NCBI GenBank assembly: GCA_030674475.1
Contig: JAUSCZ010000023.1
Span: 87,819-151,818, forward strand
From: Candidatus Omnitrophota bacterium
GTDB lineage: Bacteria > Omnitrophota > Gorgyraeia > Gygaellales > UBA12090
DNA: 64,000 nucleotides
Direction of reading: 5' to 3'
Under the pieces are notes generated by a model. That model did not search any database. It had not been told where the DNA came from and saw nothing but the letters and a program-made list of their open reading frames with translations. The translations under genes and the position numbers were made by a program. Below, piece after piece: positions 10,635 to 19,488 of this stretch. Position 1 is the first letter of the stretch. The number at the start of each line of letters is the position of its first letter.

Positions 10635-11741
10635 ATGCCTACCTTAGAGACTCAGCAATTTAGCGTAAGTTTTGGCCCTCAGCACCCTTCCACCCACGGA
10701 GTTTTGCATCTGCAGATGGATTTGGACGGCGAGGTGATTGTCAATTGCACGCCCCATATTGGCTATCTCCACCGCGATTTTGAGAAAATCTGCGAAAATA
10801 GAACTTATACCCAGATTATCCCTTTTACCGACCGCCTGGATTATCTGGGGGCGATGAATAATAACTTTGGATACTGTTTGACGGTAGAGAAACTACTGGG
10901 AGTGGTTATTCCGGAGCGCGCCGAATATATCCGGGTGATTATTGCCGAGTTAAACCGGATTGCCAGCCACTTATTGGCCGTGGGCACCTTTGTCCAGGAC
11001 CTGGGGGCCTTTGGCACGCCTCTTTTATATTGCTTCCGGGAAAGGGAGATGATCCTGGATATCTTTGAGCTGACCTGCGGAGCCCGGCTTACCTATAATT
11101 ACTATCGTCTGGGTGGAGTTTCCGCGGATATCCCGGAGGGGTTTGTCCAAAAGGTCAAGGATTTTATCCGCTATTTCCGGCCAAAGTTAACTGACTATCA
11201 CCGTCTAATTACCAATAATGCCATTTTTCTTATCCGCACCAAAGACATTGGGGTTTTGAGTAAGGAAAAGGCGCTTAACTATGCTATTAGCGGCCCCAGC
11301 CTAAGGGCCAGCGGGATAAAGTTTGATTTAAGAAAGGAAGAGCCTTATTCTATTTATCCGCGTTTTGAATTTGACATTCCCACCAGAAATAGCGGCGACT
11401 GCTGGGATAGATATATTGTCAGGATGGAAGAGATGGAGCAGTCCCTGCGCATAGTGGAACAGGCCATAGATAAGATTCCCGAAGGGGATTTTAGCGCCAA
11501 ACTGCCCAAGATTATCAAGGTGCCTGCCGGTGAGTTGTATTTCCGGACTGAATCTCCCCGCGGGGAGCTGGGTTTCTATCTAATCAGCGATGGCTCGGCT
11601 AAGCCTTATCGCTTGAAATGTCGGGCGCCTTCATTTTCCAATTTAAGTGTTATCGCGGAATTAGTCAAAGGGGTAAAGATAGCCGATGTAATCGCTATCC
11701 TGGGAAGCCTGGATATTGTGTTGGGTGAGATAGACCGATGA
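10635..11741 (+). CDS. nuoD: NADH-quinone oxidoreductase subunit D
   Basis: FGPQHPSTHGVL, DRLDY, ESPRGELG and C-terminal SLDIVLGEIDR; no NiFe-binding CxxC. Confidence 0.97.
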   Translation: MPTLETQQFSVSFGPQHPSTHGVLHLQMDLDGEVIVNCTPHIGYLHRDFEKICENRTYTQIIPFTDRLDYLGAMNNNFGYCLTVEKLLGVVIPERAEYIRVIIAELNRIASHLLAVGTFVQDLGAFGTPLLYCFREREMILDIFELTCGARLTYNYYRLGGVSADIPEGFVQKVKDFIRYFRPKLTDYHRLITNNAIFLIRTKDIGVLSKEKALNYAISGPSLRASGIKFDLRKEEPYSIYPRFEFDIPTRNSGDCWDRYIVRMEEMEQSLRIVEQAIDKIPEGDFSAKLPKIIKVPAGELYFRTESPRGELGFYLISDGSAKPYRLKCRAPSFSNLSVIAELVKGVKIADVIAILGSLDIVLGEIDR

Positions 11742-12727
11742 TGTTTAAAATATCCCCGGAAAATTGGGCTTTTTTAATTGAGTTTGCTTGGCTTTGCGCC
11801 AAGGCCGCCGGGCTTTTGGGCTTTGTCAGCCTTTCGGTTATGTTTTTAATCTGGTGGGAGAGAAAAGTCAGCGCCCATATCCAGTCGCGCCTGGGGCCGA
11901 TGCGGGTGGGTTGGCATGGCTGTCTGCAGACCATTGCCGACACCATCAAGCTTTTGCTTAAAGAAAATATCGTGGCCAAGGATACGGATAAGGTTTCTTT
12001 TTGGCTGGCTCCGCTGGTGTCTTTTGTGGCGGCTTTTCTGCCTTTCGCGGCTATACCTTTTGCTAAGAATTTGGTGGTTCAGGATTTTGGGTTAGGCTTG
12101 CTCTATATCTTCGCGGTGAGCAGTCTGGGAGTAATCGGGGTGTTTATGGCCGGTTGGGGCTCCGGGAATAAATATTCTTTGCTGGGGGCAATGCGGGCCT
12201 CGGCCCAGATTATCAGCTATGAGATTCCTCTGGTGCTTTCGGTCTTAAGTATTGTGATGCTCACCGGAAGCCTGAATATGACTAAGATTGTGGAGGCTCA
12301 AGGGCAGGTGTGGTTTGCCTTTAGCCAGCCGATAGCCTTTTTGATTTATTTCATTTCCGCCTTAGCTGAGACCAACCGGGCCCCTTTTGACATCTCTGAG
12401 GCTGAGTCTGAACTGGTGGCCGGATTTCACACCGAATACAGCGGGATGAAATTTTCCATGTTTTTCCTGGCTGAATATACCAATATGTTTGTTGTTTCCG
12501 CCATAGCCGCCACGCTTTTTTTGGGCGGCTGGCAGGGGCCGTTTTTACCGGGAATATTCTGGTTTCTGGCTAAGGTCTATTTTCTTATATTTTTAATGAT
12601 GTGGATACGTTGGACCTTTCCCCGTTTTAGGGTTGATCAGCTGATGAACTTTGCCTGGAAATTTTTAGTGCCGTTGGCTTTCCTGAATATCTTAGCCACC
12701 GCGTTATTCTTAGTACTAAAAAAATAA
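11738..12727 (+). CDS. nuoH: NADH-quinone oxidoreductase subunit H
   Basis: ERKVSA.IQ.R.GP, AETNRAPFD..EAESELVAGFHTEYSG. Confidence 0.97.
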   Translation: MMFKISPENWAFLIEFAWLCAKAAGLLGFVSLSVMFLIWWERKVSAHIQSRLGPMRVGWHGCLQTIADTIKLLLKENIVAKDTDKVSFWLAPLVSFVAAFLPFAAIPFAKNLVVQDFGLGLLYIFAVSSLGVIGVFMAGWGSGNKYSLLGAMRASAQIISYEIPLVLSVLSIVMLTGSLNMTKIVEAQGQVWFAFSQPIAFLIYFISALAETNRAPFDISEAESELVAGFHTEYSGMKFSMFFLAEYTNMFVVSAIAATLFLGGWQGPFLPGIFWFLAKVYFLIFLMMWIRWTFPRFRVDQLMNFAWKFLVPLAFLNILATALFLVLKK

Positions 12728-12729
12728 AA

Positions 12730-13149
12730 ATGATCAAGAGAATAAAAAGAATATTTTCTGATAGTTTCAGCCTGCTCCAGGGTTTAGCGGTTACCGCCAA
12801 GTATTTATTTAGCCCGGCAGTTACCCTGCAATATCCCACACAACGCTGGACGCCTCCGGAGCGTTACCGGGGGAGGGTGGCTTTGCGGCCGAAGAAATGT
12901 ATCTCTTGCCAGATGTGCGTCCGGGCCTGTCCGAATTATTCCTTAGAGGTGAAGTTTAGCCTGGGGGAAGATAAGAAGAGAAAATTGAGTGGCTTTATAT
13001 ATCATTTAGATACCTGCTTGTTCTGCGGCTTATGCGTTGAACCCTGCCCTACCGCGGCGATATTTATGAACCAGGAGTATGAGCTCGCGGTGTATGAGCG
13101 CAAGGAACTAGTGATGGACTTGACTGAGGCGGATAAAAATGTGGAGTAA
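12730..13149 (+). CDS. nuoI: NADH-quinone oxidoreductase subunit I (2x[4Fe-4S])
   Basis: CISCQMCVRACP and CLFCGLCVEPCP. Confidence 0.95.
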   Translation: MIKRIKRIFSDSFSLLQGLAVTAKYLFSPAVTLQYPTQRWTPPERYRGRVALRPKKCISCQMCVRACPNYSLEVKFSLGEDKKRKLSGFIYHLDTCLFCGLCVEPCPTAAIFMNQEYELAVYERKELVMDLTEADKNVE

Positions 13150-13639
13150 TTTTCTTAGCGCGTCAATTTTTTATCTGATAGCTATAGTCGGCATTATTTT
13201 CGCCATACTCTCGGTTACCTTGAAGAATATGTTTCATAGCGCCCTGGCCTTAATCGTGATGCTTCTGGGTGTAGCGGTGGTCTATATCTATTTAGACGCG
13301 GAGTTTCTGGCCCTGGTCCAGATTTTGATTTATGTGGGGGCGATTATGACCCTGGTTATCTTTGCCATAATGCTTACCGCGGAAATCTATAATAAAAACA
13401 TTAAGCGCCACAACCAGCAGAAGCTGATTTCCCTTATCATTGCCTCCAGTATGGCCGGTTTCCTAATCTTTGTCTTGAGCCGCTTTAAGGCCCAGGCAGG
13501 AGTAAGTTTTTTTGAACCGCTGACTTTAGCCATGATTGGAAAAGAACTATTAACTAAGTATGTGTTGCCTTTTGAGCTGATTTCAATAATCCTGCTGGCG
13601 GCCCTGGTGGGCTCGGCGGCTATAAGCAAGAAAGAATGA
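13139..13639 (+). CDS. nuoJ: NADH-quinone oxidoreductase subunit J
   Basis: AEFLALVQILIYVGAI and PFELIS motifs. Confidence 0.93.
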   Translation: MWSNFLSASIFYLIAIVGIIFAILSVTLKNMFHSALALIVMLLGVAVVYIYLDAEFLALVQILIYVGAIMTLVIFAIMLTAEIYNKNIKRHNQQKLISLIIASSMAGFLIFVLSRFKAQAGVSFFEPLTLAMIGKELLTKYVLPFELISIILLAALVGSAAISKKE

Positions 13640-13944
13640 TACCTTTAAGCCATTATCTGATTTTATCGGCCATATTATTTTCTATCGGCCTTTACGGGGT
13701 CTTTACCCGTCGTAGCGCGATAGGGATTTTATTGTCTTTGGAGATTATGCTCAATGCCGTAAATATCAATTTTGTGGCCTTTGCTAAATTTATGGCTCCG
13801 CAAGCCCTCGCCGGGCAGATTTTTGTCATCTTTACTATTGGCGTAGCCGCGGCTTCCACCGTGGTGGGCCTGGCTATAATCGTGGCTATCTACCATAATT
13901 ATAAGACTATTTTTGTGGATGAGATAGATGTGATGAAATGGTAA
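13636..13944 (+). CDS. nuoK: NADH-quinone oxidoreductase subunit K
   Basis: LFSIGLYG, SLEIMLNAVNINF and VGLAI motifs. Confidence 0.95.
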   Translation: MIPLSHYLILSAILFSIGLYGVFTRRSAIGILLSLEIMLNAVNINFVAFAKFMAPQALAGQIFVIFTIGVAAASTVVGLAIIVAIYHNYKTIFVDEIDVMKW

Positions 13945-15857
13945 ACTACGCGTATCTAATTCCTCTGTTTCCTTTGCTGGCTTTCGCGGTTAATATCTTC
14001 TGGGGCCGCAGGCTAAAGGCTAAAAGCGCGCCGGTGGCTATTCTGGCTATGCTGGGCTCTTTGGTTATTTCCTGCCTAATCCTTAAAGAAGTTATTACCG
14101 GGAAAACCCTGGAGCAGAGCGTAGAGTGGTTTAAAGTTGGCCGGTATTCTTTTGAGGCCGGCTTTTTGGTTGACCCCTTGAGCGCGATGATGTTGTGTGT
14201 GGTTACCCTGGTGGGGCTTTTGGTTGAGGTATATTCCATCGGCTATATGCGCGGGGATAAGCGCTATCATCTTTTCTTTGCCTATGTATCCTTATTTATC
14301 TTTTCAATGTTGGGCCTGGTTTTATCCAACAATCTTATCCAGACGTATGTATTTTGGGAGTTGGTGGGGGTGTGTTCGTATCTGTTGATTAGCTTCTGGT
14401 TTGAGAAGAAATCCGCCGCCGACGCCGGGAAAAAGGCCTTTATCACTAACCGGATAGGAGATGCCGGATTTTTCTTAGGCTTGTCTACCCTGTTTTATTA
14501 TTTAGGCACGGCTAACTTTACTCAAATCAGCCAAAGATTAATGCATCATCCTGAGGGCTTAAGCCAGGGTATTTTGGCCCTGGCGGCAGTGCTGATTTTC
14601 TGCGGGGCAGTGGGTAAATCGGCCCAGTTTCCCCTGCATGTCTGGCTGCCGGACGCGATGGAGGGCCCTACCCCGGTAAGCGCTTTGATTCACGCCGCCA
14701 CCATGGTTGCCGCCGGAGTGTATCTGGTTGCCCGAAGCTACGCGGTCTTTGCCGCGGGGCATCTTTCCTTAGAAGTAGTTTCTTATATCGGAATCATCAC
14801 TTCGTTTATGGCCGGCTCAATCGCCCTGGTGCAGACCGATATCAAGCGCATCCTGGCTTATTCCACGGTCAGCCAATTAGGCTATATGATGATAGCTTTG
14901 GGGGTGGGTGGTTATAGCGCCGGGGTGTTTCATTTGATGACCCACGCCTTTTTTAAGGCCCTGCTTTTCCTGTGCGCCGGAAGCGTAATTCATGCTTGCG
15001 GGGTTCAGGATATCCGCCAGATGGGCGGTTTATTCGGGAAGATGAAGGTAACCGCGACTACCTGCCTGATTGGCTGTCTGGCTATTTCCGGGGTTCCGCC
15101 CTTAAGCGGCTTCTGGAGCAAGGATGAGATTTTATTATCGGTGTATAACAGCGGAAACCGGGTGCTTTACGGCCTGACTTTAATTGTGGCTTTTATGACC
15201 GCCTTTTATATGTTCCGGCTTTTGTTTTTGACATTTTTCGGAAAACCCAGGGAGAAACTGCATATCCATAAACCGGCCCCAACCATGGATTGGCCGTTGA
15301 TTATTTTAGCGGTATTCAGTATATTTTCCGGATTTGTCGGCTCACCTTTGATGGGCCATGCCTTTTCCCGTTTTATCTATTTTCATCCTGAGCATACTGA
15401 ACCGAATTATATGGTGATGATTTCTTCTGTTATCGTAGGTTTGGCCGGCATATCTTTGGCTTGGGTATTTTATATTTTATCTCCGGCACTACCCGCGGCC
15501 CTGGCTAAAAATTTCCAGCCGGTTTATAATCTTTTGCTGAATAAATACTGGATTGATGAGATTTACGACAGGTTTATCATTCAGCCGTTTTTACGCCTGA
15601 CCAAGTTTGCTTTCTCCTTTGACCGCTATCTGATTGACGGGGCAGTGAATCTTACCGGAACATCCTGCGTGGCGGTCAGCCGGGTTAAGGGCTGGATTGA
15701 TAAATATATCGTTGACGGTCTGGTTAACCTGATTGCCCTGGTGGTGGGGGCATTGGGTGAGGTTTTCCGCCGCTTACAGACCGGACTTATTCAAAACTAT
15801 ATCCTGTTGATTTTTACCGGGGTGGTGGTAATTGTTTTCTTGTTGAGATTTATTTAA
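13938..15857 (+). CDS. nuoL: NADH-quinone oxidoreductase subunit L
   Basis: GKSAQFPLHVWLPDAMEGPTPVSALIHAATMV, THAFFKALLFL. Confidence 0.97.
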   Translation: MVNYAYLIPLFPLLAFAVNIFWGRRLKAKSAPVAILAMLGSLVISCLILKEVITGKTLEQSVEWFKVGRYSFEAGFLVDPLSAMMLCVVTLVGLLVEVYSIGYMRGDKRYHLFFAYVSLFIFSMLGLVLSNNLIQTYVFWELVGVCSYLLISFWFEKKSAADAGKKAFITNRIGDAGFFLGLSTLFYYLGTANFTQISQRLMHHPEGLSQGILALAAVLIFCGAVGKSAQFPLHVWLPDAMEGPTPVSALIHAATMVAAGVYLVARSYAVFAAGHLSLEVVSYIGIITSFMAGSIALVQTDIKRILAYSTVSQLGYMMIALGVGGYSAGVFHLMTHAFFKALLFLCAGSVIHACGVQDIRQMGGLFGKMKVTATTCLIGCLAISGVPPLSGFWSKDEILLSVYNSGNRVLYGLTLIVAFMTAFYMFRLLFLTFFGKPREKLHIHKPAPTMDWPLIILAVFSIFSGFVGSPLMGHAFSRFIYFHPEHTEPNYMVMISSVIVGLAGISLAWVFYILSPALPAALAKNFQPVYNLLLNKYWIDEIYDRFIIQPFLRLTKFAFSFDRYLIDGAVNLTGTSCVAVSRVKGWIDKYIVDGLVNLIALVVGALGEVFRRLQTGLIQNYILLIFTGVVVIVFLLRFI

Positions 15858-15867
15858 ATGAAAGTTT

Positions 15868-15983
15868 TCCCTTGCGTAAACGCTCGTAAATTTCTGCGAA
15901 ATTTACTTCGCACGCTACGGGATTAATTCGCGCATAAACTTATGCCTTCCTGCCTACCGGCAGGCAGGCATAAGTTTAGCGCT
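15868..15983. repeat. Intergenic palindromic elements including a CCTGCCTACCGGCAGGCAGG-type REP-like hairpin
   Basis: aaacttatgcct...aggcataagttt stem enclosing cctgcctaccggcaggc; gtaaattt...aaatttac hairpin upstream. Confidence 0.7.
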
Positions 15984-16001
15984 CATTAAGGAGGCTTAGC
16001 A

Positions 16002-17483
16002 ATGTTAGGTTTTCCACTTTTAAGTTCAGCTGTATTCTTGCCGATTTTGGGGATTTTGATTTTGTTTTTTATCCCTAAAAATAAAACCGCTCTAATCCGG
16101 GTAACCAGCGGCATAATTACTTTTCTTACCCTGATTGTTTCGCTGGTAATCTTTACTCACTTTAATAGCAATGACCCCGGCCTGCAATTGCAGGAACGCT
16201 TGAGCTGGATACCCCAGGTGAATATCAATTATCATTTGGGAGTTGACGGATTAAGCTATTCTATGGTTTTCCTGACCGCGCTTTTGTGTTTTCTGGCCTG
16301 CATTGCCTCTAATTCCATCAAGGAGAGAATTAAGGAGTATTATATCTTCTTTCTGCTCTTAGAAACCGGGATGATGGGGACATTCCTGGCTTTGGATCTG
16401 TTTTTGTTTTATGTCTTCTGGGAGATAACCCTGGTTCCGATGTATTTCTTAATCGGTATCTGGGGCGGGCCGAGAAAGGAATACGCGGCCATAAAGTTTT
16501 TCCTGTATACCTTAGCCGGCAGTGTCTTTATGCTCCTGGGTATTTTAGCTTTGTATTTTACCAGCACTCCCCATACCTTTAATATTTTAGAGTTGACCCA
16601 GCAGTCTAAGTTTTTCGCCCAGGCTTTTCAGAACATTGTCTTTTTGGCCTTGTTTTTCGGCTTCGCGGTTAAGGTGCCGGTGTTTCCTTTTCATACCTGG
16701 CTGCCGGATGCCCATGTGGAGGCCCCGACTCCGATAAGCGTGCTTTTGGCCGGGGTTTTGCTGAAGATGGGCGCGTATGGTTTTTTCAGGATAAGCTATC
16801 CTATATTACCCCAGGCCGCCAATTATTTCGGTTTCGCCATCGCGGTGCTGGCGGTAATCAATATCGTGTATGGGGCTTTTGTAGCCATGGCCCAGACGGA
16901 TTTCAAGAAGATGGTGGCCTATTCCAGCGTCAGCCATATGGGCTTTGTAATGCTGGGCCTGGCGGCCTTAAGCCCGGTGGGCTTTAGCGGCGCGGCAATG
17001 CAGATGTTTAACCACGGGATCATCACCGGGGCTATGTTTTTATTGGTGGGAGTTCTTTATGACCGCTCGCATACCCGGGAGATGGGCGCTTTTGGAGGCC
17101 TACGGGTAAACTTGCCGGTTTTCTCGGCAGTGTTGATTTTCTTTTCCATGGCTTCTTTGGGGCTTCCCGGTTTAAGCGGTTTTATCGGTGAGTTTTTATC
17201 TTTGCTGGGCGGCTTTAAGGCTTTTAAGCTGCTCACCGCCATCTCGGTCCTGGGCATTGTGATTACTGCCGGGTATATCCTGGTGATGATTCAAAAGGTT
17301 CTCTTGGGGCCGATGAATGACAAATGGAAGGGCCTGAGCGAAATTAGCTTTCGGGAATTGGTAACCGTGGTGCCTTTGTTAGTTATTGTCTTGGTTTTAG
17401 GGGTTTATCCCAAGCTGGCCCTGGATATTATCAATCCCGCTTTAAATCTTATTCTGAATAATATGGGAGTGGTTTTACCTTGA
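16002..17483 (+). CDS. nuoM: NADH-quinone oxidoreductase subunit M
   Basis: AVKVPVFPFHTWLPDAHVEAPT, LLKMGAYG, AYSSVSHMG. Confidence 0.97.
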   Translation: MLGFPLLSSAVFLPILGILILFFIPKNKTALIRVTSGIITFLTLIVSLVIFTHFNSNDPGLQLQERLSWIPQVNINYHLGVDGLSYSMVFLTALLCFLACIASNSIKERIKEYYIFFLLLETGMMGTFLALDLFLFYVFWEITLVPMYFLIGIWGGPRKEYAAIKFFLYTLAGSVFMLLGILALYFTSTPHTFNILELTQQSKFFAQAFQNIVFLALFFGFAVKVPVFPFHTWLPDAHVEAPTPISVLLAGVLLKMGAYGFFRISYPILPQAANYFGFAIAVLAVINIVYGAFVAMAQTDFKKMVAYSSVSHMGFVMLGLAALSPVGFSGAAMQMFNHGIITGAMFLLVGVLYDRSHTREMGAFGGLRVNLPVFSAVLIFFSMASLGLPGLSGFIGEFLSLLGGFKAFKLLTAISVLGIVITAGYILVMIQKVLLGPMNDKWKGLSEISFRELVTVVPLLVIVLVLGVYPKLALDIINPALNLILNNMGVVLP

Positions 17484-18919
17484 TGAATTTATTGCTTGAT
17501 TTAAAATTTATCCAGCCGGAGATTATCTTAATTATTGCCTCTATCCTGGTATTGATGCTGGATTTTATATTCAAATCCAAGCGCCTGTTGGCCTATTTTT
17601 CCCTGTTTTCTTTATTTTCGGCTTTGCTGGTTTTGGGCCGGGGAACTCTATCGGCTCACAGCCTGTTTTCCGGGATGTTGGTCAGCGACCCCCTGGCTTT
17701 GTTTTTACGGATACTCTCGGTTTTTATTACGGCAATGGTAATTTTGCTCTCCATTGATTATCAGGAGATAGGCCCGGGAATGAGGTCAGAGCTTTATTCC
17801 CTCTTATTGATGGCGGCTTCGGCAATGATGTTTCTTTCCGCTGCCAACAATCTCTTGATGATTTATTTGGGGATTGAATTCATCAGCCTGATTTCTTATG
17901 TCCTGGCCGCCTACTGGAAAGGGAATCTTAAATCCAGCGAGGCCGGACTTAAATATTTTCTTTTTGGTACCGCCTGCTCCATCACTATGCTTTATGGTAT
18001 GTCAATTATCTACGGCATAACCGGCACCCTGGACTTACCGCAGATGAACCAGGCCTTGTTCAATAATCAATTTAGCCCTATAGTCATTTACATTGCTATC
18101 TTGATGGTCTCGGTGGGCCTGGCCTTTAAAGTGGCGATGGTGCCCTTTCATTTCTGGTGCCCGGATGTCTACGAGGGGGCTCCTACGCCGGTAACCGCCT
18201 TTTTCTCCGTGGGCCCTAAGCTGTTGGGATTCGCGGTGTTATTAAGATTTTTGCTCGGAGGCAGTGCTTTATTCTATCAGCATTGGATGCATCTTTTGGG
18301 GATTCTGGCCATCGCCACTATGGTGGTAGGAAATCTGACCGCCCTGGCCCAGACTAATATTAAGAGATTGCTGGCCTATTCTTCAATTGCCCACGCCGGC
18401 TATGCCTTAATTGGCTTAGTGGTCAATACCACTGCCGGATACATTAGCCTGTTTATTTATTTATCAACCTACATCGTGATGAATTTGGGGGCCTTTGCCG
18501 TGGTAATCGCGGTCTCGAACCAGACCAAAAGCGATGAGATCAAGGATTACGCCGGTTTATCGGTCCATTCCCCTTATTTAGCCGCCCTGTTTAGTCTGTT
18601 TCTGATTTCTTTAGCCGGCATCCCGCCCCTGGCCGGCTTTATCGGCAAGTTTTATATCTTTAGCTCGGCCATTAAAGAAGGTTTTCTCTACTTAGCGATT
18701 GCCGCGGTCCTCAACAGCGTCATTGCCGCCTACTACTATTTTAATATCATCCGCGTAATGTATTTAGTTCCCCCTTGCGCCTCAGCCGTAAAAATCAAGC
18801 CCTCCCCAGCCTTAAATCTGGCCCTAGTCTTAAGCTTACTCCTGGTTTTAGCTATGGGCTTGTATCCCAAACCGGTTATAGACTGGGTCAGTGCCGCCCT
18901 AGTCTTTCCCTCGCCCTAA
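17480..18919 (+). CDS. nuoN: NADH-quinone oxidoreductase subunit N
   Basis: SSEAGLKYF, FKVAMVPFHFWCPDVYEGAPTP, LAGIPPLAGFIGK. Confidence 0.97.
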   Translation: MMNLLLDLKFIQPEIILIIASILVLMLDFIFKSKRLLAYFSLFSLFSALLVLGRGTLSAHSLFSGMLVSDPLALFLRILSVFITAMVILLSIDYQEIGPGMRSELYSLLLMAASAMMFLSAANNLLMIYLGIEFISLISYVLAAYWKGNLKSSEAGLKYFLFGTACSITMLYGMSIIYGITGTLDLPQMNQALFNNQFSPIVIYIAILMVSVGLAFKVAMVPFHFWCPDVYEGAPTPVTAFFSVGPKLLGFAVLLRFLLGGSALFYQHWMHLLGILAIATMVVGNLTALAQTNIKRLLAYSSIAHAGYALIGLVVNTTAGYISLFIYLSTYIVMNLGAFAVVIAVSNQTKSDEIKDYAGLSVHSPYLAALFSLFLISLAGIPPLAGFIGKFYIFSSAIKEGFLYLAIAAVLNSVIAAYYYFNIIRVMYLVPPCASAVKIKPSPALNLALVLSLLLVLAMGLYPKPVIDWVSAALVFPSP

Positions 18920-18966
18920 AATTCATCTCAATCCGTTTATCACGTTTAACTATTTTCTCTCTATTT

Positions 18967-19038
18967 CCTCTCCCCTTGCGGGAGAGGTAAGAAATCCTCC
19001 CCTTACCAAGGGGAGGCGAGGAGGGGTTAGGTGAGGGG
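18967..19038. repeat. Nested REP-like palindromes after nuoN; may also act as terminator
   Basis: cctctcccc-ttgc-gggagagg followed by cctcccctt-acc-aaggggagg and ggttaggtgagggg. Confidence 0.6.
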
Positions 19039-19488
19039 AAAAATTGCGAGTTTCCCCTGATAATTGACTGGCTACCCTAATTGTGATATTTTTATCGACA
19101 ATGGCAATGGCTGTGATAAACTGGGTGTATAAATTGGCCAAAGTAGCTTTGTTACGAGAGTGGAACTATTAGCGGGGTATTGGGATAGATTGGTAAGGCA
19201 ATGGAAGCGAATGATAAAGTTTTGGATTCGTCAGTCATTTGATAGCATCGAACAAGTTGAAAATAGATACGCGAATTTAACCGTGCCTGTTGAAGTGGCT
19301 TTGCAGTAGTTTCCACGAATCAACTTGTTGATAAGGGTACCAATGAAACTATGGAGAGAAACGAGGGATTAAAATCACTCACATTCAGGCGGTGTCATCA
19401 ATAGGGCATTGTGGCCACTGGGGAGCAAGGATATAACACCTTGGCCTATCGGAAGGCCAAGGTGTTCGCTTGTGCAAGGAGATCTCGA

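Noticed and set aside
9685-11741. Group 4 [NiFe]-hydrogenase
   Set aside because: The large subunit lacks both CxxC Ni-binding motifs and has NuoD quinone-site residues.
19050-19488. Integrase remnant or att site at the left edge of the R-M island
   Set aside because: No recognisable recombinase motif and no matching repeat at the right edge.
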